A DNA stretch of 30,489 nt from an uncultured Flavobacteriales bacterium. GTDB taxonomy: Bacteria > Bacteroidota > Bacteroidia > Flavobacteriales_D > Crocinitomicaceae. The stretch's first letter is position 1. Every line of letters starts with the position of its first letter. The translations under genes and the position numbers were made by a program. Of the stretch, positions 8,407 to 17,490 are shown piece by piece. The notes below the pieces were generated by a model. The model was not told the DNA's origin and did not search any database. It saw nothing but the letters and a program-made list of their open reading frames with translations. The stretch covers positions 1-30,489 of the forward strand of contig CAJQOB010000239.1 in the NCBI GenBank assembly GCA_905479845.1, written 5' to 3'.

Positions 8407-9429
8407 ATGGAGGAAACGAATAACAACCCGATGAATCCAGCCGAAGCGCTGAGAATCGTAAGTGAAAAAATCAAAGTTGAAGCGCAAGTAATTGACATGC
8501 TCCGAAAAGAGGTTGCAAAGGTAATTGTTGGTCAGTCTTATATGGTCGATCGACTCCTAATCGCTCTTCTTGCTGATGGTCACGTTTTGCTCGAAGGAGT
8601 TCCTGGTTTGGCCAAGACCCTTGCGATCAAAACGCTTTCGGATGCAATCAACGTGGATTTTAGTAGAATTCAATTTACACCAGATTTGCTCCCTGCAGAT
8701 GTTACGGGTACCTTGATCTACAATCAAAAAAGCGAGTCATTTACGGTGAAGAAAGGTCCGATTTTCGCGAATTTTATTCTTGCGGATGAGATCAACCGTG
8801 CTCCAGCGAAAGTTCAGAGTGCACTCCTCGAAGCGATGCAGGAACGACAAATCACCATTGGAGATACGACATATATTTTGCCAAAACCGTTCTTAGTACT
8901 GGCAACACAAAACCCGATTGAGCAAGAAGGGACGTATCCTCTACCTGAAGCTCAAGTCGATCGTTTCATGTTGAAAGTTTCTCTTGGCTATCCGTCAAAG
9001 AAAGAAGAGCAAATGATTATTCGTTCAAATGTACGCGACGGTGGTCTTCCATCGGCTGGACAAGTGATTTCTGCAGATGATATTGATCGCTGCAGATCGC
9101 TCGTGAAACAAGTGTACTTGGATGAAAAAATTGAACAATACATCGTTGATCTAGTATTTGCGACACGTGAACCTTCACAAGCGGGACTTGGATTTTTAGA
9201 ACCAATGATTTCCGTTGGATGTTCCCCTCGTGCTAGTATCAACCTTGCGTTAGCATCGAAAGCTTATGCCTTTTTGAACGGACGTGGATTCGTTATTCCA
9301 GATGACGTGAGAGCAATTGCACCAGATGTAATGCAACACCGTCTTGGGTTGACCTACGAAGCAGAAGCGGAAAACATGACCGCAGCTGAAATCGTTTCAA
9401 AAATCATCAACAAAATTGAAGTTCCATAA
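8407..9429 (+). CDS. moxR: MoxR-family AAA+ ATPase
   Basis: Walker A GVPGLAKT, RIQFTPDLLPADVTG, Walker B ILADEINRA, ATQNPIEQEGTYPLPEAQVDRF. ATG 8407 preferred over TTG 8389. Confidence 0.97.
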   Translation: MEETNNNPMNPAEALRIVSEKIKVEAQVIDMLRKEVAKVIVGQSYMVDRLLIALLADGHVLLEGVPGLAKTLAIKTLSDAINVDFSRIQFTPDLLPADVTGTLIYNQKSESFTVKKGPIFANFILADEINRAPAKVQSALLEAMQERQITIGDTTYILPKPFLVLATQNPIEQEGTYPLPEAQVDRFMLKVSLGYPSKKEEQMIIRSNVRDGGLPSAGQVISADDIDRCRSLVKQVYLDEKIEQYIVDLVFATREPSQAGLGFLEPMISVGCSPRASINLALASKAYAFLNGRGFVIPDDVRAIAPDVMQHRLGLTYEAEAENMTAAEIVSKIINKIEVP

Positions 9430-9444
9430 ACCGAAGCGTAGCGA

Positions 9445-10311
9445 ATGGAAACGAAAGAACTTTTAAAGAAAATCCGACACCTTGAAATCAAGGCGAAAGG
9501 ACTCACTAGACATATTTTCTCTGGTGAATACCAATCTGCCTTCAAAGGTCGCGGAATGACTTTTAGTGAAGTTCGAGATTACCATTTTGGAGATGAAGTT
9601 CGCACAATCGATTGGAATGTCACCGCTCGCTTCAATGAACCTTACGTAAAGGTTTTTGATGAGGAACGTGAATTGACAGTGATGCTCATTATAGACGTTT
9701 CGGGATCTGAGGATTTCGGAACGCAGGAGAAAACGAAGAAAGATTTAGCGCTTGAAATTGCAGCAATCCTTTCTTTCTCAGCGATCACTAATAACGATAA
9801 AGTTGGAGCAATTTTCGTTTCAGACAAAGTGGAACGCTACATCGCTCCTGGAAAAGGAAGAAAACATGCACTTGTGATTTTGCGAGCGTTAATCGAACTC
9901 AAACCAGAAAACACAGGAACAAATATCAATGAAGGACTCAAATTCTTCAGAAATACGCAAAAGAAAAGAGGAATCGCCTTTGTGATCAGTGATTTTGTCG
10001 ATGATAACGATTACATGGAAGGATTGAAAGTATCCCGAAAGAAGCACGACATGGTGGCGCTTCGCTTGTACGATCAATCGGAAAGTGAATTGCCAAACAT
10101 CGGTATTGTTCAATTGTTCAATGCCGAGACAGAGGAAACGACTTGGGTGAACTCAAGCAGTCAATCAGCAAAGCAATTACACTCAGAAAATTTCAAACGT
10201 TTTGAAGAAGACCTCTTCAGAGAATTTAAGCGTTCTGGAATAGACTATGTCTCGATTGCCACGGAAGAAGATTATATCAAACCACTAATCCATTTATTCA
10301 AAAGTAGATGA
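9445..10311 (+). CDS. DUF58 (VWA-like) protein, MoxR partner
   Basis: FKGRGMTFSEVRDY, RTIDWNVTAR, EERELTVMLIIDVSGS and FVISDF motifs. Confidence 0.93.
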   Translation: METKELLKKIRHLEIKAKGLTRHIFSGEYQSAFKGRGMTFSEVRDYHFGDEVRTIDWNVTARFNEPYVKVFDEERELTVMLIIDVSGSEDFGTQEKTKKDLALEIAAILSFSAITNNDKVGAIFVSDKVERYIAPGKGRKHALVILRALIELKPENTGTNINEGLKFFRNTQKKRGIAFVISDFVDDNDYMEGLKVSRKKHDMVALRLYDQSESELPNIGIVQLFNAETEETTWVNSSSQSAKQLHSENFKRFEEDLFREFKRSGIDYVSIATEEDYIKPLIHLFKSR

Positions 10312-11279
10312 TGAAGTACGCGATATATACTTTGCTTTTCTGTGGTTCGATTTTCAATGGTTGGTCCCAGCAACTCTCCGAAAGCACTTCTCAAGACAAC
10401 ATCTTGATTGGAGAACCTGTTTCCATCAAATACATTGTAAAAACAAAACTTACAGATACACTCGCCTTTGCCGAAAAGCTGGACTACATCAAAGCTAGAT
10501 TCAAAGATGGCAGCGGATCTTTATCCAAAAAAGGAGCTGAATTTGAATTGGTGGATGCTTTTCAAGATACAATCATTGCTCTTGGAATGACTAAAAAATG
10601 GATCGGTGAATACATCGTGACAGCATGGGAAGATGGTGAATATATTATTCCTGGGCCAACAATCAGCATTAATGACTCAACGCATCGTTTTGATGATATC
10701 GCCATAGAAGTGACACTCGTTGAACAAAAAGAAGACGTCGATTTGTACGAAATCCGAGAGAACTTCACGGATATTCCAGATCAACCTTTCTCACCGATGA
10801 AATTCATCAAAAAGAACTGGTGGTGGATTGTCATTGTACTGGGAGCAATAATAATGGGGTGGTTGATTGCTAGACGTAGAAGATGGGATCGTGAAATTGA
10901 AAATCGCGAGGACATTCGTCCAATGAACCTGAAGGAGCGAACAATCAAAGCGATTGAAGCATTGGACGCCAGTGAGCTTTACAACAAAGGACAGCTGAAG
11001 GAACACTTTGTCGAACTGTCCTACATTTTGAGATCATACTTGACTTCTCGATACAACATTTCACTTCTCGATAAAACGACCGAGCAGACCAAAATAATTT
11101 TAACGAAACAAGGGTTAAACGATGAAACGGTGGACACTATCGCTCGAATCCTATCACAATCTGACATGGTAAAATTCGCCAAGTCTAAACCTGAAGTGAT
11201 CTCGATTCTACGTCAATCGACCCTTGTGAAACAAATAATAGCTGAAACAAGTCCACTGGACTTTGACAATGTTGACTAA
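10308..11279 (+). CDS. Bat-operon-associated membrane-anchored protein (signal peptide, Ig-like region, one TM, helical C-terminus)
   Basis: Position between DUF58 and batA. ATGA overlap, signal peptide, TM WWWIVIVLGAIIMGWLI, C-terminal LSQSDMVKFAK motif. Confidence 0.8.
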   Translation: MMKYAIYTLLFCGSIFNGWSQQLSESTSQDNILIGEPVSIKYIVKTKLTDTLAFAEKLDYIKARFKDGSGSLSKKGAEFELVDAFQDTIIALGMTKKWIGEYIVTAWEDGEYIIPGPTISINDSTHRFDDIAIEVTLVEQKEDVDLYEIRENFTDIPDQPFSPMKFIKKNWWWIVIVLGAIIMGWLIARRRRWDREIENREDIRPMNLKERTIKAIEALDASELYNKGQLKEHFVELSYILRSYLTSRYNISLLDKTTEQTKIILTKQGLNDETVDTIARILSQSDMVKFAKSKPEVISILRQSTLVKQIIAETSPLDFDNVD

Positions 11280-12306
11280 TTGGAACATACGTTTTTGGGA
11301 ATATGAATTCTTCTCTTCGCACTGGCTTTGGCTGCTGTGCCTAATTCCGTTCGTCCTTTTTATCATCTACCGATTTGAGCAATCTCGCAAAGGAGAAGTC
11401 AAATTTAGCGGTAGCACAGACAGTCAACGAGCTTTAGGATCAAAATGGATTGGTCGCGTCAGAGAAATCAACCTAGTCATTTACGGAATAATCGCGGCCC
11501 TTCTAATTTTTGCAATGGCGAAACCCTTCCATTGGGCGAATTACGACAACTCAGACAAGGACTTCAAAGATGGAATTGACATCGTGATCACCATGGATGT
11601 TTCGGGATCGATGCTTGCCATGGATTTCACACCAAACCGATTAGAAGCAGCAAAGGAAGTAGCCAAGGATTTCGTCGATGGCCGTGATGGAGATCGAATT
11701 GGATTGATCGCGTACGCAGGAGCTGCACATACTGCCTGTCCCCCAACCTTAGACTACACCATCCTCAAACAACAAATTGACGGAATTAGTGGCGATTATC
11801 TGGAAGGCGGAACAGCAATCGGTGAAGGTCTTGGTCTTGCTGTAGCGCGTTTACGGAGTGATAGCTTGAAATCGAAAGTAGTCATATTGCTAACGGATGG
11901 AATGGACGGTGGAGATCCTGAAAAAATGGCTCCTCTCGATGCGGCAAACTTGGCGAAAGCTAAAAATGTTCGTGTTTATACAATTGGGGTTGGAAGTTAT
12001 GGAACAGCAAAATCTCCTGTCGTAACGACCTTCGGAACACATTACCAAACGATGCCTGTAGAAATTAATGAGCCTGAACTCAGAAAAATTGCGAGCATGA
12101 CAGGAGGAGAATACTTCCGCGCGACAGATGAAGAAAGTCTTCGTGAAATCTACCAAGAAATTGAAAAATTAGAAAAACGCAAGATTGAGAATCAACATTT
12201 CAAATCTGAACCACCAGCCAATCCCGCGGCATTCTTGAATTGGGCGCTTATTTTAGCACTGATCACTTGGTCGGCGAACTATCTTGTATTTAAGCAAAAT
12301 GACTAG
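11269..12306 (+). CDS. batA: BatA VWA-domain membrane protein
   Basis: N-terminal TM (WLWLLCLIP), GIDIVITMDVSGSM MIDAS, GTAIGEGL, LLTDG, RVYTIGVG and TGGEYFRAT. Confidence 0.92.
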   Translation: MLTNWNIRFWEYEFFSSHWLWLLCLIPFVLFIIYRFEQSRKGEVKFSGSTDSQRALGSKWIGRVREINLVIYGIIAALLIFAMAKPFHWANYDNSDKDFKDGIDIVITMDVSGSMLAMDFTPNRLEAAKEVAKDFVDGRDGDRIGLIAYAGAAHTACPPTLDYTILKQQIDGISGDYLEGGTAIGEGLGLAVARLRSDSLKSKVVILLTDGMDGGDPEKMAPLDAANLAKAKNVRVYTIGVGSYGTAKSPVVTTFGTHYQTMPVEINEPELRKIASMTGGEYFRATDEESLREIYQEIEKLEKRKIENQHFKSEPPANPAAFLNWALILALITWSANYLVFKQND

Positions 12307-13456
12307 GCAGAAATTTACATATCGCTTAAAATTGATCTTAACGGGAATCGCAGCGTGGGAAATCATTTTTTGGTTCTTGTACATTCTTCTCACCAATTCC
12401 ATGGGATGGCTTGGAGGCGATTCAAGTGAACGGCTTGGATACATCTTCCCCTCTGCTTTCTATCTTTTGTTCCTCATGGTTCCAGTTTTAGGAATCTTCC
12501 TTTTTAACCTATTGCGAACAAACAAAATGGCGTCAAAGACAAATACCCGTGTGGCTATGTCTTACTTAAGACCCGTTTCTTCCATGAGCGCATTCCTGAA
12601 ATTTTTCTTCTTTAGAAACGCTGTTGTATTGTTGATTATAGCGATCAGTCAGCCTGTTTTTGGAACAAAAAAAGTAAAGGGAACATCTGAGTCACTCGAG
12701 CTCGTTGTTGCATTGGATATCTCAAATTCAATGAACACCAGAGATATTTCATCTGACTTATCTCGACTTGACATTTCCAAAAGAGCGATCGTTCAATTAA
12801 TCAATAATCTGCACGGAGAAAAAATTGGAATTTCACTTTTCGCCAACAATGCCTTTGTTCATTTGCCCGTCACCAGTGATTACGGGGCAGCGAAGTTGTT
12901 CATTGAAGATATCGAAACGGACATGATTTCAAGTCAGGGGACCAACATCTCCATGGCGCTCGGGATCTCATCCAAAATGTTCTCAAAACAAAAGACGACC
13001 AAAGGAATTATTCTGATAACCGACGGTGAAGATCACGAAGGAAACCTGGACGAATCCGTTAAAGAATTGAAGGAGAAAAATTTACAATTGTTGATTCTTG
13101 GGATTGGAACAAAAAAAGGTGGATTGATCCCCAAAAACCCCTATCGACCTAACCTTGGATACAAAACCGATGCTCGTGGAAAAACGGTCGTTTCAAAATT
13201 GAACGAAGGTTTTATTGAGAAATTGGCGGCTAAAACGGGTGGTAATGCAAACGTTAGCTCAAGTGAATTTCCAGATCTTTCAGCTTTATTAACAGAAATA
13301 AATCAAATGAAGCGAACCAAAATTGATACTTTAGAGTTTGATATTAGGCAACAGCGCTATCAAGTGCCATTGTTCTTAGCGATTCTGTTTTGGCTCGCCT
13401 TTTTACTTTGGTCGAAAAACTATGTTGGTCTGCTTGATAAAATGATAAAAAAATGA
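12299..13456 (+). CDS. batB: BatB VWA-domain membrane protein
   Basis: Second VWA gene. ALDISNSM MIDAS, LPVTSDY, QGTNIS, ITDGEDHEG, RYQVPL followed by a C-terminal TM. ATG 12299. Confidence 0.9.
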   Translation: MTRQKFTYRLKLILTGIAAWEIIFWFLYILLTNSMGWLGGDSSERLGYIFPSAFYLLFLMVPVLGIFLFNLLRTNKMASKTNTRVAMSYLRPVSSMSAFLKFFFFRNAVVLLIIAISQPVFGTKKVKGTSESLELVVALDISNSMNTRDISSDLSRLDISKRAIVQLINNLHGEKIGISLFANNAFVHLPVTSDYGAAKLFIEDIETDMISSQGTNISMALGISSKMFSKQKTTKGIILITDGEDHEGNLDESVKELKEKNLQLLILGIGTKKGGLIPKNPYRPNLGYKTDARGKTVVSKLNEGFIEKLAAKTGGNANVSSSEFPDLSALLTEINQMKRTKIDTLEFDIRQQRYQVPLFLAILFWLAFLLWSKNYVGLLDKMIKK

Positions 13457-13458
13457 GC

Positions 13459-13500
13459 GATGCGAGAGCATCAAGACTTTGAAACGGTAGTTTCAATTTT
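13459..13500 (+). promoter_or_regulatory. Two tandem hairpins in the batB-batC spacer
   Basis: GATGC-GAGA-GCATC (13459-13472) and TTGAAAC-GGTA-GTTTCAA (13479-13496) followed by TTTT. Confidence 0.55.
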
Positions 13501-13511
13501 AAATAAATGAA

Positions 13512-14291
13512 ATGAAAAATGTGCTTTTAATTTTCTTGCTTTTACTCTCTAGTTCGATGTCTTTCGGGCAGGATGAGGACGTATGGCGTGATTCATTAAA
13601 AATCGCTCGCAAAGCATATGAAAACAAAAATTACGCTGAAGCTCTAAAATATTACGAATCAACTCAAAAGATTGCTCCAGACGATATTGATTTATCAGAT
13701 GAAATGGCTCAGTCAGCGTACAAAGCACGTGATTTCGAACGAGCAGAAAAAATCTATCAACAAGGGAGTAGCACGAAAATGAGCAAGCGCGAACGTGGCA
13801 ATGCCATGCACAACATGGGCAACTCTCAAATGCGACAAGAAAATTACGAAGGAGCGATCGAATCATACAAGGAAGCGCTTCGCAATAATCCGAATGACGA
13901 AGAAACTCGATATAACCTTTCGAAAGCAATTCGCAAAGTAAAGGAACAACGTACTCCTCCCCCACCAAAACCAAAAGACCCTAATGATCCGCAAAACGGA
14001 GATCCTAATGATGGAGGTGACGATGGACAACAAGGAGACCAAGGTGACCAACAAGACGGTCAAGGAGACAAAGGCCAGAATCAAGGTTCTCAAGGAAGTG
14101 AAGGTCAAAACGACAAAAATAATTCTGGACAAGGTGGCGGATCAAATGATTCTTCATCCAAAGGAAAATTATCCAACCAAATGGTCGAACGTAAGTTGGA
14201 TGAAATCGCAAAAAAAGAGGCGGAAACGAAACGAAGTATGATGGGCGCAGGTTCTGGCGGGCGTAGCGCAAAATCTGGGAAAGACTGGTAA
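13512..14291 (+). CDS. batC: BatC TPR protein with a Gln/Gly/Asp-rich linker
   Basis: Signal peptide, TPRs (AMHNMGNSQMRQENYEGAIESYKEALRNNPNDEETRYNL), low-complexity linker and C-terminal KDW. Confidence 0.9.
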   Translation: MKNVLLIFLLLLSSSMSFGQDEDVWRDSLKIARKAYENKNYAEALKYYESTQKIAPDDIDLSDEMAQSAYKARDFERAEKIYQQGSSTKMSKRERGNAMHNMGNSQMRQENYEGAIESYKEALRNNPNDEETRYNLSKAIRKVKEQRTPPPPKPKDPNDPQNGDPNDGGDDGQQGDQGDQQDGQGDKGQNQGSQGSEGQNDKNNSGQGGGSNDSSSKGKLSNQMVERKLDEIAKKEAETKRSMMGAGSGGRSAKSGKDW

Positions 14292-14292
14292 A

Positions 14293-16014
14293 ATGACTCA
14301 GCAGGTTTTATCTCTCATAAGTATCTGTTTCTGTTTTGCGGCTTTCTCGCAAAAAGCAGAAGTGAAGCTATCAGCATCAAGTACAAGTGTTGAAGTTGGT
14401 GAAACGGTCGCGTTCAAAATCGAATCAAATATTGAAGGGACACACCAAGTTGACAACGTCCCAGTAACTTTCATCAATAGTGGCGCAATCTCGAGTGGAA
14501 TGAATTACCAAATGGATTACAACACTGGAAATGTTCTTGTCATCTATTCCAACAATGAAACAGGTGTATTTACAAAACCTGGAACCTACAAAATTGGACC
14601 CGCATACATAAAAAGTAGATCAGGTAAAGCCTATCAATCGAATACAATTACAATCAATGTTTCGAAGAAAATCCACTTGAATAATAACGGTCAAGTTACT
14701 GCTCAACAACGTAAGGATCCAGCATTCGGGATTATCCAGTGTAATAAAACCTCTATTTACGAAGGCGAAGCAATTGTGGTAGGAGCAAAAGTCTACGCAC
14801 GCTTCCAACCCACACGCATTGGAAATTACAATAGCTTTGTTCAACGAAAAGGACTTGAATTCCAATCATTGACAAATACGTCTCGTCAACTTCAAGTACA
14901 CAATGACAACTATAAAGGTGCCGACTATTTCAGTTTCGAATACGACCGAAATTTGGTCTTCCCTCCAGGTACAGGTGTGTTCATTCTTGAACCTTTCACC
15001 ATGGACTTGTTTAAAGGATTTGGGGCATTTAGTTTGCGCTCTAGCGGAGCGACCATTGAAATTAAACCACTCCCTGGTGATGCTCCAGACGATTTTATTG
15101 GTGCTGTTGGTGACTACGTCGTCTCACGCGAGATCGATACAAATCGGATAAAACAAGGCGATGTTTTCCAATTGACATTGAAAATTGAAGGATCTGGAAA
15201 TATCCAAAACAGTCTAGAGCCTGAGCTTGCCCTTCCAAAAGGGTTCGTAGTTTACGGTGATCCAATCGTCACCAAGGATATTGCTTACGGTGTAAACGGT
15301 GCAGAAGGAATCATTTCTTACGAATACAACATTCAAGTTTCGAGTAAAGGGAAAGTAACTATTCCAGGGACGAGTATTTCATATTTCGACCCTGAAAAGG
15401 AGGAGTATGTGACTGTCACTACGAACGAACACCCGCTCGAAGTATTAAAAGATCCGAGCATTCTTGCATCCGATTCTAAAACACCAACGGCCGACGAAGC
15501 TATTTACAAGCAAAGTGCAGTTGATCTTCGATTGAAAAAAGAAGTGGTATCAACGGAATCCATTTTTGGAACTCCGCTGTTTTGGTCGGGTGTTAGTGCA
15601 CCACTCATTTGCGCTTTCTTCTTTATTTTCTTAGTGAGAAGACGCGAGCAAAGTGCAGATGAAATAGAATCAAAACAGGCGATTCAGCAAAAAGACAAAG
15701 AGCTAAACTCACTTGTTGCAACTTCGAAGTCAATGTTGAGTTCTGGCGAGGATGACGCTTTCTATTCAAGTATTGAACATGCACTTCGGAAGGCATTTGA
15801 GTGTAAAATGGAAATCACTGACTCGGATCGAATTTTAAGTAAAGATGAAATCTACGATTACTTGGGTACATTGAATCAACCAGACCTGACTGAGTCGGTT
15901 CGCGGAATTTTTAGAACGTGTGAAGAATCACGATTCGGATTTGGTGGATCAACAGACCGTCGTCTCCCAGTATTTTCACAATTAGAATCAATCTTAAAAG
16001 CTTTGAAAGTATGA
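14293..16014 (+). CDS. batD: BatD protein
   Basis: Signal peptide, GTYKIGPA, DDFIGAVG, SYFDPEKEEY, TM near the C-terminus and operon position. Confidence 0.9.
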   Translation: MTQQVLSLISICFCFAAFSQKAEVKLSASSTSVEVGETVAFKIESNIEGTHQVDNVPVTFINSGAISSGMNYQMDYNTGNVLVIYSNNETGVFTKPGTYKIGPAYIKSRSGKAYQSNTITINVSKKIHLNNNGQVTAQQRKDPAFGIIQCNKTSIYEGEAIVVGAKVYARFQPTRIGNYNSFVQRKGLEFQSLTNTSRQLQVHNDNYKGADYFSFEYDRNLVFPPGTGVFILEPFTMDLFKGFGAFSLRSSGATIEIKPLPGDAPDDFIGAVGDYVVSREIDTNRIKQGDVFQLTLKIEGSGNIQNSLEPELALPKGFVVYGDPIVTKDIAYGVNGAEGIISYEYNIQVSSKGKVTIPGTSISYFDPEKEEYVTVTTNEHPLEVLKDPSILASDSKTPTADEAIYKQSAVDLRLKKEVVSTESIFGTPLFWSGVSAPLICAFFFIFLVRRREQSADEIESKQAIQQKDKELNSLVATSKSMLSSGEDDAFYSSIEHALRKAFECKMEITDSDRILSKDEIYDYLGTLNQPDLTESVRGIFRTCEESRFGFGGSTDRRLPVFSQLESILKALKV

Positions 16015-16748
16015 AGCAGTTCATCGTTTTCATAGCACTACTGTTCCCTCTTTTGGGATTCGCTGGGTCCAACTTCGACGAAGGAATTAAGGCATTTCAA
16101 GATTCAAACTACGTTCTGGCAATTGAGAAATTCCAAGCATCACTTGCAGAAACCCCAAATGATGCTGCGTCCTATTACAATCTTGGCTTAGCTCATACTG
16201 AAGCAAAACAATACGGCAAGGCAATTTGGTCGTTTGAAAAAGTACTGAAGTTGACACCTTCCGATGCCGACGCAAAAGAACGCATTCAATCGGCGTATGC
16301 TCAACTAAACCCGGGAATGGTTTGGGAACCACGTCTCAACCGTTTTGAATCGATCCTTTACGGTTTTTCTGGAATGACTTGGTCGATTTTAGCGATTATC
16401 TTCAGTTTTGCTTTGGCGATTTGCACGATTCTCTTCTTACGAATGAAAGACCTTTCTTACAAGCGTTTGTTTGTCGCTCTTGGCTTCGTAAGCTTCTGTT
16501 GTATGATTGGATCAATTGTGATTGCCTACGGCGCTTCAAATTACTCTGAGCAAACGCGATTCGCCGTTGTGACCAAAGAAAGTATTCCAACGTACAAGGA
16601 TTCAAGTAAAATCTCGAAAGCCACATTAAAAGAAGGTGACCAAGTTGAAATTTTGGAAGCTGAAATTTCAGACAAGGACTTCATTGAGGTTTCTTCTCGA
16701 TCGGGTGATACGTATTTGGTGAAGACTACTGATGTTGATTTTATTTGA
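16011..16748 (+). CDS. batE: BatE TPR + TM + SH3-like protein
   Basis: TPR (ASYYNLGLAH...AIWSFEKVLKLTPSD), two TM helices, SH3-like C-terminus (LKEGDQVEIL) and ATGA overlap with batD. Confidence 0.88.
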   Translation: MKQFIVFIALLFPLLGFAGSNFDEGIKAFQDSNYVLAIEKFQASLAETPNDAASYYNLGLAHTEAKQYGKAIWSFEKVLKLTPSDADAKERIQSAYAQLNPGMVWEPRLNRFESILYGFSGMTWSILAIIFSFALAICTILFLRMKDLSYKRLFVALGFVSFCCMIGSIVIAYGASNYSEQTRFAVVTKESIPTYKDSSKISKATLKEGDQVEILEAEISDKDFIEVSSRSGDTYLVKTTDVDFI

Positions 16749-16775
16749 TCAGATGTATCAAACCACGATGTGGAT

Positions 16776-17030
16776 TTAATAATGTCGGCGGCATTGAAGT
16801 AGAATGATGCTATCCCCTTCAACTTTGTAGACCAATCTATCTTCCAAATTAATTCTTCTCGACCACCATCCCGACAGATTATGCTTCAAAGCTTCAGGTG
16901 AACCAATTCCAGAAAACGGAGTTCGCTGAATATCCTTGATCAATTTGTTCACTTTCTTAAGGGTTTTCTTGTCGTTTTGTTGCCAATACAAGTAATCTTC
17001 CCAAGCTCCTGTTAACCAAATTAGTTTCAT
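16776..17030 (-). CDS. yoeB: Txe/YoeB family ribosome-dependent mRNase toxin
   Basis: AWEDYLYWQ, GIGSPEALK, WSRRI, RLVY and C-terminal HY. 4-bp overlap with the antitoxin gene. Confidence 0.96.
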   Translation of the reverse strand: MKLIWLTGAWEDYLYWQQNDKKTLKKVNKLIKDIQRTPFSGIGSPEALKHNLSGWWSRRINLEDRLVYKVEGDSIILLQCRRHY

Positions 17031-17278
17031 TCAATCAAACCTTTCTCTGCTCCACCACCTTTCTCATATTCCTCAATTCCCTTGATGAGTCGTTCGGCAT
17101 TCTTTGGACTCCCTAAAAGATGAAGTGTCTCATTCAACGATTCGTAGTCACTTTTGGACATTACAACTACGTCCTCACCATTCGTTCGAGTTACAAATAG
17201 GGGATTATGATCGACAAATACCTTATCGAGGAATGATTTTAAATTCTGTCGAAAGTTGCTATATGTGGTAATTTCCAT
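17027..17278 (-). CDS. yefM: Phd/YefM family antitoxin
   Basis: TYSNFRQNLKSFLDKV, VVVMSKSDYESLNETLHLLGSPKNAERL. Directly upstream of yoeB. Confidence 0.96.
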   Translation of the reverse strand: MEITTYSNFRQNLKSFLDKVFVDHNPLFVTRTNGEDVVVMSKSDYESLNETLHLLGSPKNAERLIKGIEEYEKGGGAEKGLIE

Positions 17279-17303
17279 GATCGTTTAAATTGAGAACGTG
17301 TAA

Positions 17304-17311
17304 CAAATATA
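17304..17311 (-). promoter_or_regulatory. Bacteroidota -7 promoter element (TATATTTG) of yefM-yoeB
   Basis: Exact match to TAnnTTTG, 25 bp upstream of the yefM ATG. A TTG lies 20 bp further upstream (17332-17334). Confidence 0.7.
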
Positions 17312-17327
17312 CTAACAACTGACCAAT

Positions 17328-17345
17328 TGTACAACATATAGTACA
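17328..17345. promoter_or_regulatory. YefM-YoeB operator: paired TGTACA / AGTACA hexamers
   Basis: TGTACA 17328-17333 (within the TTGTACAA palindrome) and AGTACA 17340-17345, 12 bp centre to centre, overlapping the putative -33 element. Confidence 0.7.
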
Positions 17346-17415
17346 AAAACTATCAGGATTCAGGCTAATTACGGAATCTTCAAATGATCCAATTTCAGTT
17401 TGTTTCGCGATTGTC

Positions 17416-17490
17416 GCGTTCCAGATAGGAGCGACAGCTTCCGTAGTTTATCGGAGGAACTATAGCGGATAGTTGGTGAAAACGCCCAAA
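17416..17490 (-). ncRNA. Structured intergenic element resembling the Flavo-1 RNA / repeat family
   Basis: On the minus strand, GGGCGTT...AACGC closes an extended hairpin with a CTATC motif on both arms and an inner TCCG-N8-CGGA stem. The family assignment is from memory of the motif and is unverified. Confidence 0.45.

Noticed and set aside
13549-14271. Several overlapping alternative-frame ORFs inside batC
   Set aside because: These are by-products of the low-complexity Gln/Gly/Asp linker, which is normal for BatC and is not a repeat array.
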